Of a stretch of DNA of 64,000 nucleotides, positions 33,321 to 50,176 are shown piece by piece. The stretch's first letter is position 1. Every line of letters starts with the position of its first letter. The DNA comes from the human T2T-CHM13v2.0 reference genome, Homo sapiens, in NCBI RefSeq assembly GCF_009914755.1, contig NC_060930.1; one strand, 5' to 3'. The notes under the pieces are model-generated. The model searched no databases. It was not told the DNA's origin and was given only the letters and a program-made list of their open reading frames with translations. A program made the position numbers and the translations under genes.

Positions 33321-35506
33321 TGTGTCCGGAATTGGTGGGTTCTTGGTCTTACTGACTTCAAGAATGAAGCCGTGGACCCTCACGGTGAGTGTTACAGCTC
33401 TTAAGGTGGCATGTCTGGAGCCTGTCCCTTCTGATGTTCAGATGTGTTTGGAGTTTCTTCCTTCTGGTGGGTTCATGGTCTCGCTGGCTCAGGAGTGAAG
33501 CTGCACACCTTCGCGGTGAATGTTACAGCTCTTAAGGTAGCACGTCTGGAGTTGTTCGTTCCTCCTGGTGGGCTCGTGGTCTCGCTGGGCTCAGGAGTGA
33601 AGCTGCAGATCTTTGCAGTGAGTGTTACAGCTCATAAAAGCAGCGTGGACCCAAAAAGTGAGCAGTAGCAAGACTTATTGCAAAGAGCTAAAGAACAAAG
33701 CTTCCACAGTGTGGAAGGGGACCCCAGCAGGTTGCCAATGCTGGCTTGGGCAGCCTGCGTTTATTCTCTTATCTGGCCCCACCCACATCCTGCTGATTGG
33801 TAGAGCCCAGTGGCCTGTTTTGTCAGGGTGCTGATTGGTGCGTTTACAATCCCTGAGCTAGATACAAAGGTTCTCCATGTCCCCATCAGATTAGTTAGAT
33901 ACAGAGTTTGGACACACAGGTTCTCCAAGGCCCCACCAGAGCAGCTAGATACAGAGTGTCGATTGGTGCATTCACAAACCTTGGGCTAAACACAGGGTGC
34001 TGATTGGTGTGTTTACAAACCTTGAGCTAGATACAGAGTGCTGATTGGTGTATTTACAATCCCTGAGCTAGACATAAAGGTTCTCCAAGGCCCCACCAGA
34101 GCAGCTAGATACAGAGTGTCGATTGGTGAACTCACAAACCCTGAGCTAAACACAGGGTGCTGATTGGTGTATTTACAATCCCTGAGCTAGACATAAAGGT
34201 TCTCCAAGGCCCCACCAGAGCAGCTAGATACAGAGTGTCGATTGGTGAACTCACAAACCCTGAGCTAAACACAAGGTGCTGATTGGTGTATTTACAATCC
34301 CTGAGCTAGACATAAAGGTTCTCCAAGGCCCCACCAGAGCAGCTAGATACAGAGTGTCGATTGGTGAACTCACAAACCCTGAGCTAAACACAGGGTGCTG
34401 ATTGGTGTATTTACAATCCCTGAGCTAGACATAAAGGTTCTCCAAGGCCCCACCAGAGCAGCTAGATACAGAGTGTCGATTGGTGAACTCACAAACCCTG
34501 AGCTAAACACAGGGTGCTGATTGGTGTATTTACAATCCCTGAGCTAGACAAAAAGGTTCTCCAAGGCCCCACCAGAGCAGCTAGATACAGAGTGTCGATT
34601 GGTGCACTCACAAACCTTGAGCTAAACACAGGGTGCTGATTGGTGTATTTACAAACCTTAAGCTAGATACAGAGTGCTGATTGGTGTATTTACAATCCCT
34701 GAGCTAGACATAAAGGTTCTCCAAGGCCCCAACAGAGCAGCTAGATACAGAGTGTCGATTGGTGCACTCACAAACCTTGAGCTAAACACAGGGTGCTGAT
34801 TTGTGTATTTACAATCCCTGAGCTAGATATAAAGACTCTCCACGTCCCCACCAGACTCAGGAGCCCAGCTGGCTTCACCTAGTGGATCCCGCACCGGGGC
34901 TGCAGGTGGAGCTGCCTGCCAGTCCTGCGCCGTGCGCTCGCATTTCTCAGCCCTTGGGTGGTCGATGGGACTGGGCACTGTGGAGTAGGGGGTGGTGCTC
35001 GTCGGGGAGGCTCCGGCCGCACAGGAGCCCATGGAGTGGGTGGGAGGCTCAGGTATGGCGGGCTGCAGGTCCCTGAGCCCTGCCCCGCGGGAAGGCAGCT
35101 AAGACCCGGCGAGAAATCGAGCACAGCACAGGTGGGCCGGCACTGCTGGGGGACCCAGTACACCCTCCGCAGCCACTGGCCCGGGTGCTAAGTTCCCCAT
35201 TGCCCGGGGCCAGCAGGGCTGGCTGGCTGCTCCGAGTGCGGGGCCCACGAAGCGCACGCCCACCCGGAACTCCAGCTGGCCCGCAAACGCCGCACGCAGC
35301 CCCGGTTCCAGCTCGTGCCTCTCCCTCCACACCTCCCTGCAAGCTGAGGGAGTGGGCTCCAGCCTCGGCCAGCCCAGAAAGGGGCTCCCACAGTGCAGTG
35401 GGGGGCTGAAGGGCTCCTCAAATGCCACCAAAGTGGGAGCCCAGGCAGGGGAGGTGCCGAGAGCAAGCGAGGGCTCTGAGGACTACCAGCATGCTGTCAC
35501 CTCTCA
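33321..35506 (-). mobile_element. LTR12C (ERV9) solo LTR, about 2.19 kb
   Basis: Minus strand starts TGAGAGGTGACAGC and ends CCAATTCCGGACACA; GC-rich U3, CCAAT tandem array, AATAAA at 33765-33760. Confidence 0.93.
33919..34830. repeat. LTR12C U3 tandem array (7 higher-order units, periods of 119 or 160 bp)
   Basis: GGTTCTCCAAGGCCCC recurs at about 33919, 34079, 34198, 34317, 34436, 34555, 34715. Confidence 0.9.
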
Positions 35507-35617
35507 GCGTGATCCCGGGAGGAGGATTTTGCAGTGAGCCGAGATCGGGCCACTGCACTCTATCCTGGGCAACAGAGCGAGACTGTCTCAAAAAAAAAAA
35601 AAAAAAAAAAAAAAAAA
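35507..35617 (+). mobile_element. AluY-type 3' fragment with A tail
   Basis: Starts GCGTGATCCCGGGAGG (AluY consensus GGCGTGAACCCGGGAGG). Confidence 0.85.
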
Positions 35618-35989
35618 GAATCACTGTATAGTGTGTGAGGTGCTCTAAAAGGGAAATGACAAGCTAATTCTTTTAATAGGTACCTAGAATTGAAAGAAAA
35701 TTGAGGAAAGCTTCTCCCAGGAAGTTACATGTAAATTGAGACCTAAGAAGCCTAGGGTAATGGTAATATAGTCAAATTTGCATATTTAAATGGTTACTAC
35801 CTGAAAAAAGAAAAAAGATCAAAGGGGAACAAATTGGAGGGAGGCAGGAAGGAGAGGGGAGCAGTGTTGCAGGCTACAGGTGATGGCAGTGGGAAGTGGC
35901 CAGCTTTTCGAAATAATTATGAGGTAGAATTAATAGAACTTGGTGATTGACTGGAAGAAGGGGAAAGGAAGAGAGTGCAAAGAAGAATG

Positions 35990-36430
35990 ATGTCTTACTT
36001 TGGTTTTCTCCAGAAACAGACCTCAAGGCAGGGATTCAAATGCAAGTAGTTTATCTGTAAAGAATGGGGAATATTGGTAGGAAAGTGAAATGAAGAAGGA
36101 AAAGCAGCCAATCAAGGGTTGGCCCCATTAGCCAACTGTGCTGTGAAAGCCTGGAGCATATTCCATGGAGACATCCTGTGAAATGGGATAAAACAAATGC
36201 TTTAGTTGTCCCACTCAAGGGGGTGAGGAGCTGGGGCATTTATAAACCAATTCCCATGAATCACTGGCCAATGGCTTTATTTCCTCAGCATTTCTAGCTT
36301 GTTCTGCACAAACCAGAGCAGGCTTTTGTTGCTTTCTAAAAGGTCCTTAGGCAAAAAAGATACCAATACAGGCCATTGGCAACAGGCAGGAATGCAATGG
36401 CATGGTTAAGACCCAAAGGACATCTGCCTC
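35990..36430 (-). mobile_element. ERVL-type LTR (LTR16-like) within L2 sequence
   Basis: tgtctta...agaaacagac...tgcaagtagtttat terminal motif. Confidence 0.5.
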
Positions 36431-36525
36431 AGCTGACACTCGGTCTCTGGTTTGGGTAAATGAGGTAAGGATTGATTAACTGAGTGGGGAAACCCAGGAG
36501 TTAAAGCAAGACAGAAAGGGGCTGA

Positions 36526-36882
<357 letters not shown>

Positions 36883-37086
36883 TGATTTTTGACACGTTGC
36901 ATTTGCAGTGTTCATGGGAAACATCTAAGTGGAGTTGTCTAGTAGACAGTTGGATATGTGAATGTGAGCCTTTGGAGTGATCCGAGCTAGAGCTATAGAC
37001 TTGGAAATTGTCAGTGATAAATTCATGGGAGTGACAGAAATCCCATGGGAAACTGTTTAGAATGAGGAACAAAGAGAGCCAAAGGG

Positions 37087-38009
<923 letters not shown>

Positions 38010-38623
38010 TTAAGAGTTCAGGGGAGAAACATGTTGACGAGAGGAAACTGATGATGTCACAGGTTTAAGGATTTTATGGATGCGATGAAATGCCCATGCA
38101 GAAAACTGAAGAGAAAGCTAACTAGGTAAACAGATTTGATTTCCTCTCACAGCGCTCAGCTGCCCAGGTGTGAGCCCAGACTAAAGAAATGGACTTATTC
38201 AAGGCTGGGTTCCAACAAGTGGGTGAAAGGGAAGGATGGCAGGACAGAAGAGTTACAAGGAGGTGACTGAAATGATGACAATGGAAAACCTGTGCAACCC
38301 AGGGAAGATTTAAGGCAGGAGGAAGGTGATCGATAGGAGTGATTTATAGGAATGGCTTTCTAGGTTCCAATCAAGAAGTTCTATTTCTAGGGTTTGGAGT
38401 AAGGAAAGAGCATGCCAACAGGGGACTGTTCACAGTCAGAAACCTATACATTGATGAAAGTTGACATTGACCATCATGGAAGAAGGGTAAAGCAGGAGAT
38501 GATTCCAAAACCAAAATGAGGGAAGAAAGCAAGGTAGCCATGGCTGAGATGAGATGTGGCTGGGTCAGAGTCTAATTAAAGAGTTAATTCAAGGATCTTG
38601 GTCTGTCCACTGTGCTGTCCCTC

Positions 38624-39370
<747 letters not shown>

Positions 39371-40134
39371 CCCTCTATGCTGGTGCATGACTTGGTCTGG
39401 GTCACGGGTATTTTCTAATGTCATGGGACACCAACAGATGTCAGATAGGGGTCGAGAGATACTTGTGCACTCCTCCATTTCTAAGTAGAAATCGGACATT
39501 TGCATTCACATTAAGCGTTGTTTTCAACTATCATCCAGCAATGCAGTAATTCACTGCATTCTTATTACCAAGCAAAGATGTTCCTAGGTAAGGTCATCCA
39601 GCAGGAAAAGAACTAAAATTTAGTTCTTAATATTTAGAAGTGTTAGGATATTTTAGATTAGAATAAATCATAGTGCCAGAATATCTGGTGTTTACTATAT
39701 TTTTACTTTCAAAAAGAAGTCGGTGCACTTTTTCTGGTGACAGGATGTGCCCATTCTGTGTACCAGAACCTTTTTTTTCCACAGCGATGTTGACATACAA
39801 TGATTTAATGTTCCCATGTCTACTGATTGATTTGGCACAAACAATGAGTCCATGTGCCAATGAATCACACAGATCTACGTGACCCCTTTCACACACACAC
39901 AGAACACAGAAAATGTATCATTGTTTTTTCTATGTACAAACACTGAGAACAATCTTTTAATCGATCACTTAATTGATACCCCACATTGTTCCCAACAAGC
40001 TCAAAGTCTGGGCACGTTTCCTAGCCAAAGACTTGATGAAAATTAGAGATGTTGCATGTCCTTGAAATTTTGTTAGGTTTTTACTTTACATAAATTATTT
40101 AAAACTTAAAAGTAATAAAGAGTCTATATAAATC

Positions 40135-40680
40135 AGGGAGGTAAGGTAAACACAATTGCCCTCAGGAGCTGGGTAGGTAATAAAAATAACTTGGCCAGAT
40201 TATATTCTTGGGACATACTTTGTTTACACATTAAACATGTAGCTTCACTTCCACCAAGAAATGTGTTTTCTCCCACTTTTCTTGAAACACAAGGCCCTGT
40301 TAAGTCTTTCATTTTCTGATCTTTGTAGAGATGTGGCTATACAGTTGTTTCACCATTCTTTTAATTCTGAAAAGAGAAACAACAGAGCAAGCACCAGGGT
40401 GACAAGAACACAATAAGGAGTGGTAAGAGGTGTCGGCTCCATCCAGGGATTGGGAGGACATGCCTCTCTTGGCACCAGCTGATCCTCCCTAAGTAACAAT
40501 GTGGGTTCGGAGTTTCTAGATAGCCCAGATTTTTAAAGGGATTTTAATACAAAATCTCCAGATTTTTAAATGTTGGAAATGATTTAATTATTATTACACA
40601 CTAATGGCCAAAACAGCATGAGGATGAACAAACATGTCTGAGAGCACATTTAATCAATAGGCTGCTAGTTTACAACCTTC
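40135..40680 (-). mobile_element. hAT-Charlie element (MER102-like)
   Basis: gatttttaaatgttgg...agtttacaacct resembles the reverse complement of the MER102 end. Confidence 0.5.
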
Positions 40681-40738
40681 ACTACACACTGCATTTTTTC
40701 AAATTGTGGTAAAAATACATAACATAAAATTGACCATT

Positions 40739-41104
40739 TGCTATGATCTGAATGTTGGCATCCCCCCAAAATTCATATATGGAAACCTACTCACCAATGT
40801 GATGATGTTAGGAAGTGGGGATTTGGGGAGGTGATTAGGTCATGAGGGCTCCACCATCAGGAATGGGATTCGTTTCTTTATACGAGAAACCTCAGACCAT
40901 TGCCTTTCCCCTTCCCACCAAGTGAGGACACAGTGAAAAGTCACCATCGATCAACCTGGAAATAGTCCCTCATCATACACTGAATCTGCTGGCATCTTAA
41001 TCTTGTCCTTCCCAGCCTCCAGAACTGTGAGAAATGAATTTCTGTTATTTCCAAGCCACCCAGTTTATGGTATTTTGTTCCAGCAGCCTGCACAGACTCA
41101 GACA
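40739..41104 (+). mobile_element. MLT1A-type LTR nested in an antisense L1MB 3' fragment (40695-41230)
   Basis: TGCTATGATCTGAATG...AGACA; perfect TSD CCATT. Confidence 0.85.
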
Positions 41105-41305
41105 CCATTTTAACCACTTTTCAGTGTACATGTCAATGACATTAAGCACATTTGCAATGCTGTGCAACCATCACCACTATCCATTTCCAGAATTTTTCCA
41201 TCATCCCAAGCAGAAACTCTGTACTCATTAATTGGTTGTATACTTTTGCAATCAACTTTACAAAGAAAAGGCAGCTTTGAAAGGAAAATGGTCCCGAAAG
41301 TTGTC

Positions 41306-41607
<302 letters not shown>

Positions 41608-41689
41608 AAGTTATCATATTTTTTGTAAAAATAATAAAAAACATATTTACACCAGTATTAGACCAAGTGCCCACCTTCTTCTAAAAGAC

Positions 41690-43350
41690 CTTCAGAAGCA
41701 AACCCTCCACCAGACATAGAAGTCTCTCCAGAAATCCTTTATCTTAACTCTCAGCTCCAACCAGCTTACTACTACATCCATCATTCCATGTGACGCAACC
41801 CTGTACCTCATGATGAGTTTGAAAATGCTTGCTCTGTACTCAGCAAACTTCCTGATATTCTCCATCTCTGCTCCCACGCTCCTTCCACAATTTTGCCTCA
41901 GTGAGACCCAAGCACTGTCTGAGAACTTCATTTCCCCTGCCTGCGTCTGAAGTGAAGACTGCTTTTTCTCATCTCAGCTTTGATAGTTGGGTCACTGTTT
42001 ACCTGCTTTCAGACATTAAACCTGGTTCCTTTTGTCTCCTTTGAGACTCAAACCATTCAGCTGAATCACTCTCCTCCTCCTTATTACTGTCATCAGCTGT
42101 CACCTCTCTTCATTCATTTGAGATTTCAGCACCTGGTTGGCAATCTTCCAGTCCATCTTACCTCCTGTCATCATTTTAGGCAATGTTAATGTATCTTGAA
42201 TGACGCATCCAAAACACTACACTGTTAGTTCATGGAACTCTCCACCTCAGCAGCCTATACAATCACAAAGTCAGACGTCCACTTCTGAAACAAAGCTATG
42301 TTGTTTTCAGTGAATTCACCCAAGCACACCACTCTTCCACCATCTTCCATCTCACTAAGACTTCCAGTGCACAACCCATTGCTCTCTCTCTGTCCATCAG
42401 CCCCACTTGCCTTTACGCGTCTGTTGATTTAGGTACTTAGAGTCCCTTGGTATAACTCCTTTGCAAACACTACACTAATTACCTTGCTTCTTTCCCCTCT
42501 GTCAAACACACTAAACTCCAACCCTAGATGAACCCAACCATCTGTCTTCTCTGTTCTCACACCAAGCTGGAGAAAACACATGCCTGAACTGATTGATATC
42601 ATTGAAAAATCAACATCTCCAACCTAAACATTGCCTGGCAACCTAGTTGTGTATCTCTAGTTAACTCAGTCGATCACATTCCTAAATGATTATTTCCTAC
42701 TTCTCATTCTACTCAAATCTTTCTCTCCATATCTCTTTAAGAGTCCATCACTAAGCTCTATGAATTCTACCTCCAAAATATATCCCCTAACCATTCACTT
42801 CCCTCCATTGCTTCCAAAACCACCATCATCTCTAGGCTGGGATATAGTCTTCAAAGGATTCTCCCTACCATCTTATTGCCCTCTCCAAGAGTTCTCCACA
42901 TAGTGGCTAGAGCGATGTTTTTAAAATGTTCATCACAGTATGCCATTCACCTATTTAAAATTAATCCATGGATTCCCATTGTATTTAGAAAAAAAATCTA
43001 TAATCCTTAATATAACCCAGTCCCCTGGATGGTCTGACTCCATTTTCATCTGTGCTACTTTTTTGCTTGCTTGCTATATTCTAGCCACAGTGGTTTCATC
43101 TGTGCTACTTTTTCTCTTGCTGCTGTATTCTAGCCACAGTGGTTTCAGGTGCCAAGCTTTCCTTTCTCTTCTGCCTTAGCACATTCTCGTCCTTCTGCCA
43201 AGTGTACCCTCCCTTTCTCCCCATATTTCCCACCAATCTTCACCTAGACAACTTCTATTCATTCTGTAGATCTCATATTTAGTGACCCAATCTTAGAGAA
43301 GTCTGTTCTGACCAACCCCATCTATAAATTTTGCCTCTTCTATTCCTTCT
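41690..43350 (-). mobile_element. L2 remnant
   Basis: Pyrimidine-rich L2 motifs (ttctacctccaaaatatatc, caccatcatctct). Confidence 0.6.
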
Positions 43351-43364
43351 CAGGTGTCAATTTA

Positions 43365-43690
<326 letters not shown>

Positions 43691-44251
43691 ATTTATTTTT
43701 CTTTATAACACATAGCTACTCATTTTCATGCATATTCATTCAATTTCTTTTTTTTAATTTTTAACTTTTGTGGGTACATAGTAAGTGTATATATTTATGG
43801 GGCAATAAGATATTTTGATACAGGCATACATGCATAATAATCACATCAGGGTGAATGGGGTATCCATCTCCTCAAGCATTTATCCTTTGTGTTACAAATA
43901 ATCCAGTTATACTCTTTTAGTTATTTTTAGCTGTACAAAAAATTATTGTTGACTATAGTAACTCTGTTGTGCCATCAAATACTAGATCTTATTCATTCTA
44001 TCTAAATCTATTTATGTACCCATTAACCATCCCCACTTCCAGCCCTGCCCACTGCCCTTCGTAGCCTCTGGTAATCATCATTCTACTCTCTATCTCCATG
44101 AGTCCACTTATTTTAATTTTTAGCTTTCACAAGTAAGTGACAACTTATGAAATTTGTCTTTCTGTGCCTGGCTTATTTCACTTAACATAATGTCCTCCAG
44201 TTCCATCCATATTGGTTGCAAATGACAGGCCCTCATTCTTTTTATGGCTGA

Positions 44252-44518
<267 letters not shown>

Positions 44519-46931
44519 TGATCCGCCCGCCTCGGCCTCCCAAAGTGCTGGGATTACAGGTGTGAGCCACCACGCCCAGCCTGGTTTTTTTGTTTGTTTT
44601 TTAAGATGGAGTTTCACACTTGTTGCCCAGGCTGGGGTGCAATGGTGTGATGTTGTCTCACTGCAACCTCCACCCCCAGGTTCAAGCGATTCTCCTGCCT
44701 CAGCCTCCTGAGTAGCTGGGATTACAGGCACATGCCACCATGCCCAGCTAATTTTTGTATTTTTAGTAGAGACGGGGTTTCACCATGTTGGTCAGGCTCA
44801 TCTCGAACTCTCGACCTCAGGTGATCTGCCCACTTCGGCCTCCCAAAGTGCTGAGATTACAGGCATGAGCCACCACACCCGGCTGGTACCACATCTTCTT
44901 TATTCATTCATCTATTGATGGACACTTAGGCTGCTTTCCAATCATGGCTATTGTGAATAGTGCTGCAATAAACATGGGAATGCAGATATGTCTTTGATAT
45001 ACTGACTTCCTTTCTTGTGAGTATATATCTAGCAGTGGGATTGCTGGATTGTATGATAAATTTATTTTTAGTTTTTGAAGAGCCTCCAAACTGTTCTCCA
45101 TAGTGAGTATACTAATTTACATTCCCACCAACAGTGTAAAAGGGTTCCCTTTTCTCCACGTCCTCACTGGCATTTGTTATTGCCTGTCTTTTGGATAAAA
45201 GCTATGTTTTTGTTTTTGTTTTTTTTATTTGAGACAGAGTCTTGCTCTGTCGCTCAGGCTGGAGAGCAGTGGCGCAATCTCGGCTCACTACAAGCTCCAC
45301 CTCCCGGGTTCACGCCATGCTCCTGCCTCAGCCTCCCGAGTAGCTGGGACTACAGGCGCCTGCCACCACGCCCAGCTAATTTTTTGTATTTTTAGTAGAG
45401 ACGGGGTTTCAGTGTGTTAGCCAGGATGGTCTCGATCTCCTGACCTCGTGATCTGCCTGCCTTGGCCTCCCAAAGTGCTGGGATTACAGGCGTGAGCCAC
45501 TGTGCCCGGCCATAAAAGCCATTTTAACTGAAGTGAGATGATATCTCATTGCAGTTTTGATTTACATTTCTCTAATGATCAGTGATGTTGAGCACCTTTT
45601 CATATACCCGTGTGCCATTTGTATTTCTTCTTTTGAGAAATGTCTATTCAAATCTTTTGCCTATTTTTTGATTGGATTATTAGATTTTTTTCCTATTGAG
45701 TTGTTTGAGCTGCTTATATAGTCTCGTTATTAATCCCTTGTCAGATGGGTAGTTTGTAAATACTTACTCTCATTCTGTAGGTTGTCTCTTCATTTTGTCA
45801 ATTGTTTCCTTTGCTATACAGAAGCTTTTTAACTTGATGTGACCCTATTTGTTCATTTTTGTTTTGGTTGCCTATATTTGTGGGGTAGTACTCAAGAAAT
45901 CTTTGCCTAGAGCAATGTCCTGGAAAACTTCCCAAATGTTTTATTTTAGTAGTTCATAGTTTGAGGTCTTAGATTTAAGTCTTTAATCTATTTTTATTTG
46001 ATTTTTCTTCATAGTGAAAGAGAGAGTCTAGTTTCATTCTTCTGCATATGGATACCCAGTTTTCCCAGCACCACTTATTGAAGAGACTGTCCTTTCCCTA
46101 ATGTATATTCTTGGTATCTTTGTCGAAAATGAGTTCACTGTAGATGCATGGATTTATTTCTGGGTTCTTTATTCTATTGATCTATGTGTCTGTTTTTATG
46201 CCAGTACTATGCTGTTTTGGTTACTATAGCTCTGTAGTATAATTTGAAGTTAGGTAATATGACTCCTCCAGTTTTGTCCTTTTTACTTGGAATGGCCTTA
46301 GCTATTCTAAGTTTTTTGTGGTTCCATATAAATTTAAGGGTTATTTTTTCTCTTTCTGTTAAGAATGTTATTGGTACTTTTATGAGGATTGCATTGAAGC
46401 TGTAGATTGTTTTGCGTAGTATGGACATTTTAACAATATTGATTCTTCCAATTCATGAACATGGAATATCTTTTCCATTTTTTTGTGTCTTCTTCAATTT
46501 ATTTCATCAAGTTTTATAGTTTTTATTGTGGAGATCTTTCACTTCTTTCATTAAGTTAATTCCTAGTTATTTAATTTTATTTGTAACTATTGCAAATGGG
46601 ATTACTTTCTTGATTTCATTTTCAAATTGTTTGCTGTTGGCATATATAAATGTATTAAAATTTTTACTTTGATTTTGTATCCTGCAGCTTTACTGAATGT
46701 ATCAGTTCTAATAGTTTTTTGGTGGAGTCTTTAGGCTTTTTGAAATATAAGATTATATCATCTGCAAACAAGGATAATTTGACTTCTTCCTTCCCAATTA
46801 AGATGCCCTTTATTTCTTTCTCTTCTTTGATTGCTTTGGCTAAGGACTGTGTTGAATGACAGTGGTGAAAGTGGGCATCCTTGTGTTCCAGATATTAGAG
46901 AAAAGGCTTTCAGGCCAGGCGCAGTGGCTCA

Positions 46932-47231
<300 letters not shown>

Positions 47232-47696
47232 TCAGTATGATACTAGCTGTGGGTCTGTCATATATGGCTTTCATTATGTTGAGATATGTTCTTTCTTTAC
47301 CCAGATTTTTGAGAGTTTTCTTTTATCATGAAAAGATGTTAAATTTTATCAAATGCTTTTTCAGCATCAATTGAAATGATCATATGTTTTTTGTCCTTCA
47401 TTCTGTTGATATAATGTATCACATTGATTTATTTGCATATGTTGAAACATTCTTGCATTCCTGGAATAAATCCCATTTGGTCATGATGAATGATCGTTTT
47501 AACATGTTGTTGAATTCGGTTTGCTAGTATTTTATTGAGGATTTTTGCATCAGTATTCACCAGGGATCCTGGCCTCTAGTTTTCTTTTATTTGATGTGTC
47601 TGTCTGGTTTTGGTATAAGGGTAATACTGGCTTCATAGAATGAGTTTGGAAGTACTTCCTCTATTCTTTGGAATAGTTTGGGTAGAATTGCATTAG

Positions 47697-47912
<216 letters not shown>

Positions 47913-49467
47913 TAATTTTTTGTATTTTTGTTAGAGACAGAGTTTCACCATGTTGGCCAGTGTGGTCTCCAACTCCTGACCTCAAGTAATCTGCCTGCTT
48001 CGTCCTCCCAAAGTGCTGGGATTACAGGTGTGAGCCACCATGCCTGGGAGACTTTTTATTACAGCTTCAAACTCATTAGTTGTTACTTGTCTGTTTAGGT
48101 TTTGGATTTCTTCATGGTTCAATCTTGGTAGGTTGTAGGTGGTTAGAAATTTATCCATTTCTCCTAGGTTTTCCAATTTATTGGCATATAGTTGTTATAG
48201 TAGCCTCTAATGAGCCTTTGAATTTCTGCAGTATTAGTTGTAATGTCTTCTCAGCTCTGATTTTAGTTATTTTAATTATTTAATTATCCGATTTAATTAT
48301 TTAATTATTTTTTCCTTAGTCTGGCTAAATGTCAATTTTATTTATCTTTTCAAATAATTTATAGTTTTATTGATCTTTTGTATTGTTTGTTCTGTTTCAG
48401 TTTCATATATTTCTGCTCTAATTGTTATTATTTCTTTTTTTCTACTAATTTTGGGTTTGGTTTTCTCTTGCTTTTCTAGTTCTTTAAGATGTATTGTTAG
48501 GTTGTTTATCTGAAGTTTTTGATGTAGGCCCTTATTGCTATAAACTTTCCTCTTAGTACTGCTTTTGCTTTATCCCAAAGATTTTGATATGCTATATTTT
48601 CATTATCATTTGTTTCAAAAGTTTTTTAAATTTCCTTTTTAATTTCTTCATTGACCCATTGGTCATTCAGGAGCATATTGTTTAATTTCCATGTGTATGT
48701 ATAGTTTCCAAAATTCCTCTTGTTATTGATTTCTAGTTTTGTTCCATTGTGATCAGAGAAGAACCTTGATATAATTTCATTGTTTTGAATTTTTAAAGAT
48801 TTGTTTTGTGGTTTAACATATGGTCTATCCTTGAGACTGATCTATGTGCTGAGAAGAATGTGTATTCTATAGCCTTTGAATGGAATGTTTTGTAAATCTC
48901 TGTTAAGTCCATTTGATCTGTAGTGCGGATTAAGTCCATTGTTACATTCTGTGTTAATTTTTTGTCTGGATGATCTTTCCAATGCTGAAAGTATGGTATT
49001 GAAGTCTTCAGCTATTATTGCATTGGAGTTTCTCTCTCCTTTAGCTCTTATAATATTTGGTTTGTATATTTGGGCGCTCCAGTGTTGAGTGTATATAGAT
49101 TTATAATTGTTAAGAGTCTCTTGTTGAATTGACCCCTTTATCATTATATAATTCTTTGTGTCTTTTATATAATTTTTGTCTTGAAATCTATTGTGTCTGA
49201 TATAATTGTAGCTTTCTCTGCTCTTTTTTTGGTTTCCATTGGCATAGAATATATTTTTCCATCTCTTTATTTTCAGTCTATGTGTCTTTATAGGTGAAGA
49301 TTGTTCCTTGTTGGCAACAGATTGTTGGGTCATGGCTTTTGTCCATTTAGCCACTCTATGTCTTTTGATTGGAGAGTTAAGTCTATTTACATTCATTGTT
49401 ATTATTGATAAGTATAGACTTACTCCTGCCACTTTGTTATTTGTTTTCTGATTGTTTTGTTGTCTTC

Positions 49468-49525
49468 TCCTCCCTCCCTCCGTCCCTCCCTTCCTTCCTT
49501 CCATCCTTCCTTCCTTCCTTCCTGT
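49468..49525. repeat. (CCCT)n/(TTCC)n microsatellite in the L1 inter-ORF region
   Basis: Read directly. Confidence 0.9.
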
Positions 49526-49963
49526 CTTCCTTTTACTGAAGGTGATTTTCTCCTATGACATGTTTTAATTTCTTGCTTTTTATTTTTTGTGTGTCTGTTA
49601 TACATTTTTTGATTTGAGGTTACCATAATGCTTGCAAATAATATCTTATAATGCATTATTTTAAACTAATGACAACTTAATACTGATTGCATAAACAAGC
49701 AAAGAAAAAATTAATTTAAAACTCTATACCTTACCTTCATCCCCCTGCTTTAACTTCTTGTTTCTATTTATAACTTATTATAATATCTGTGTCATGAAAA
49801 GCTGTAGTTATTATTTTTGATAGGTTCATCTTTTAGTCTTTCTACTCAACCTATGAGTAGTTTACACACCACAATGATAGTGTTATAATATTCTGTGTTT
49901 TTCTGTGTACTTATTTCAGGTGATTTCTTTTTTTTCTTTTTTTTCTTTTTTTTTTTTTTGTGA

Positions 49964-50176
<213 letters not shown>

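Noticed and set aside
33919-34830. CRISPR-like repeat-spacer array
   Set aside because: Units are repeated in full with no unique spacers; this is the ERV9 U3 tandem repeat in eukaryotic DNA
34860-35506. CpG-island gene promoter
   Set aside because: The GC/CpG richness is intrinsic to LTR12C U3
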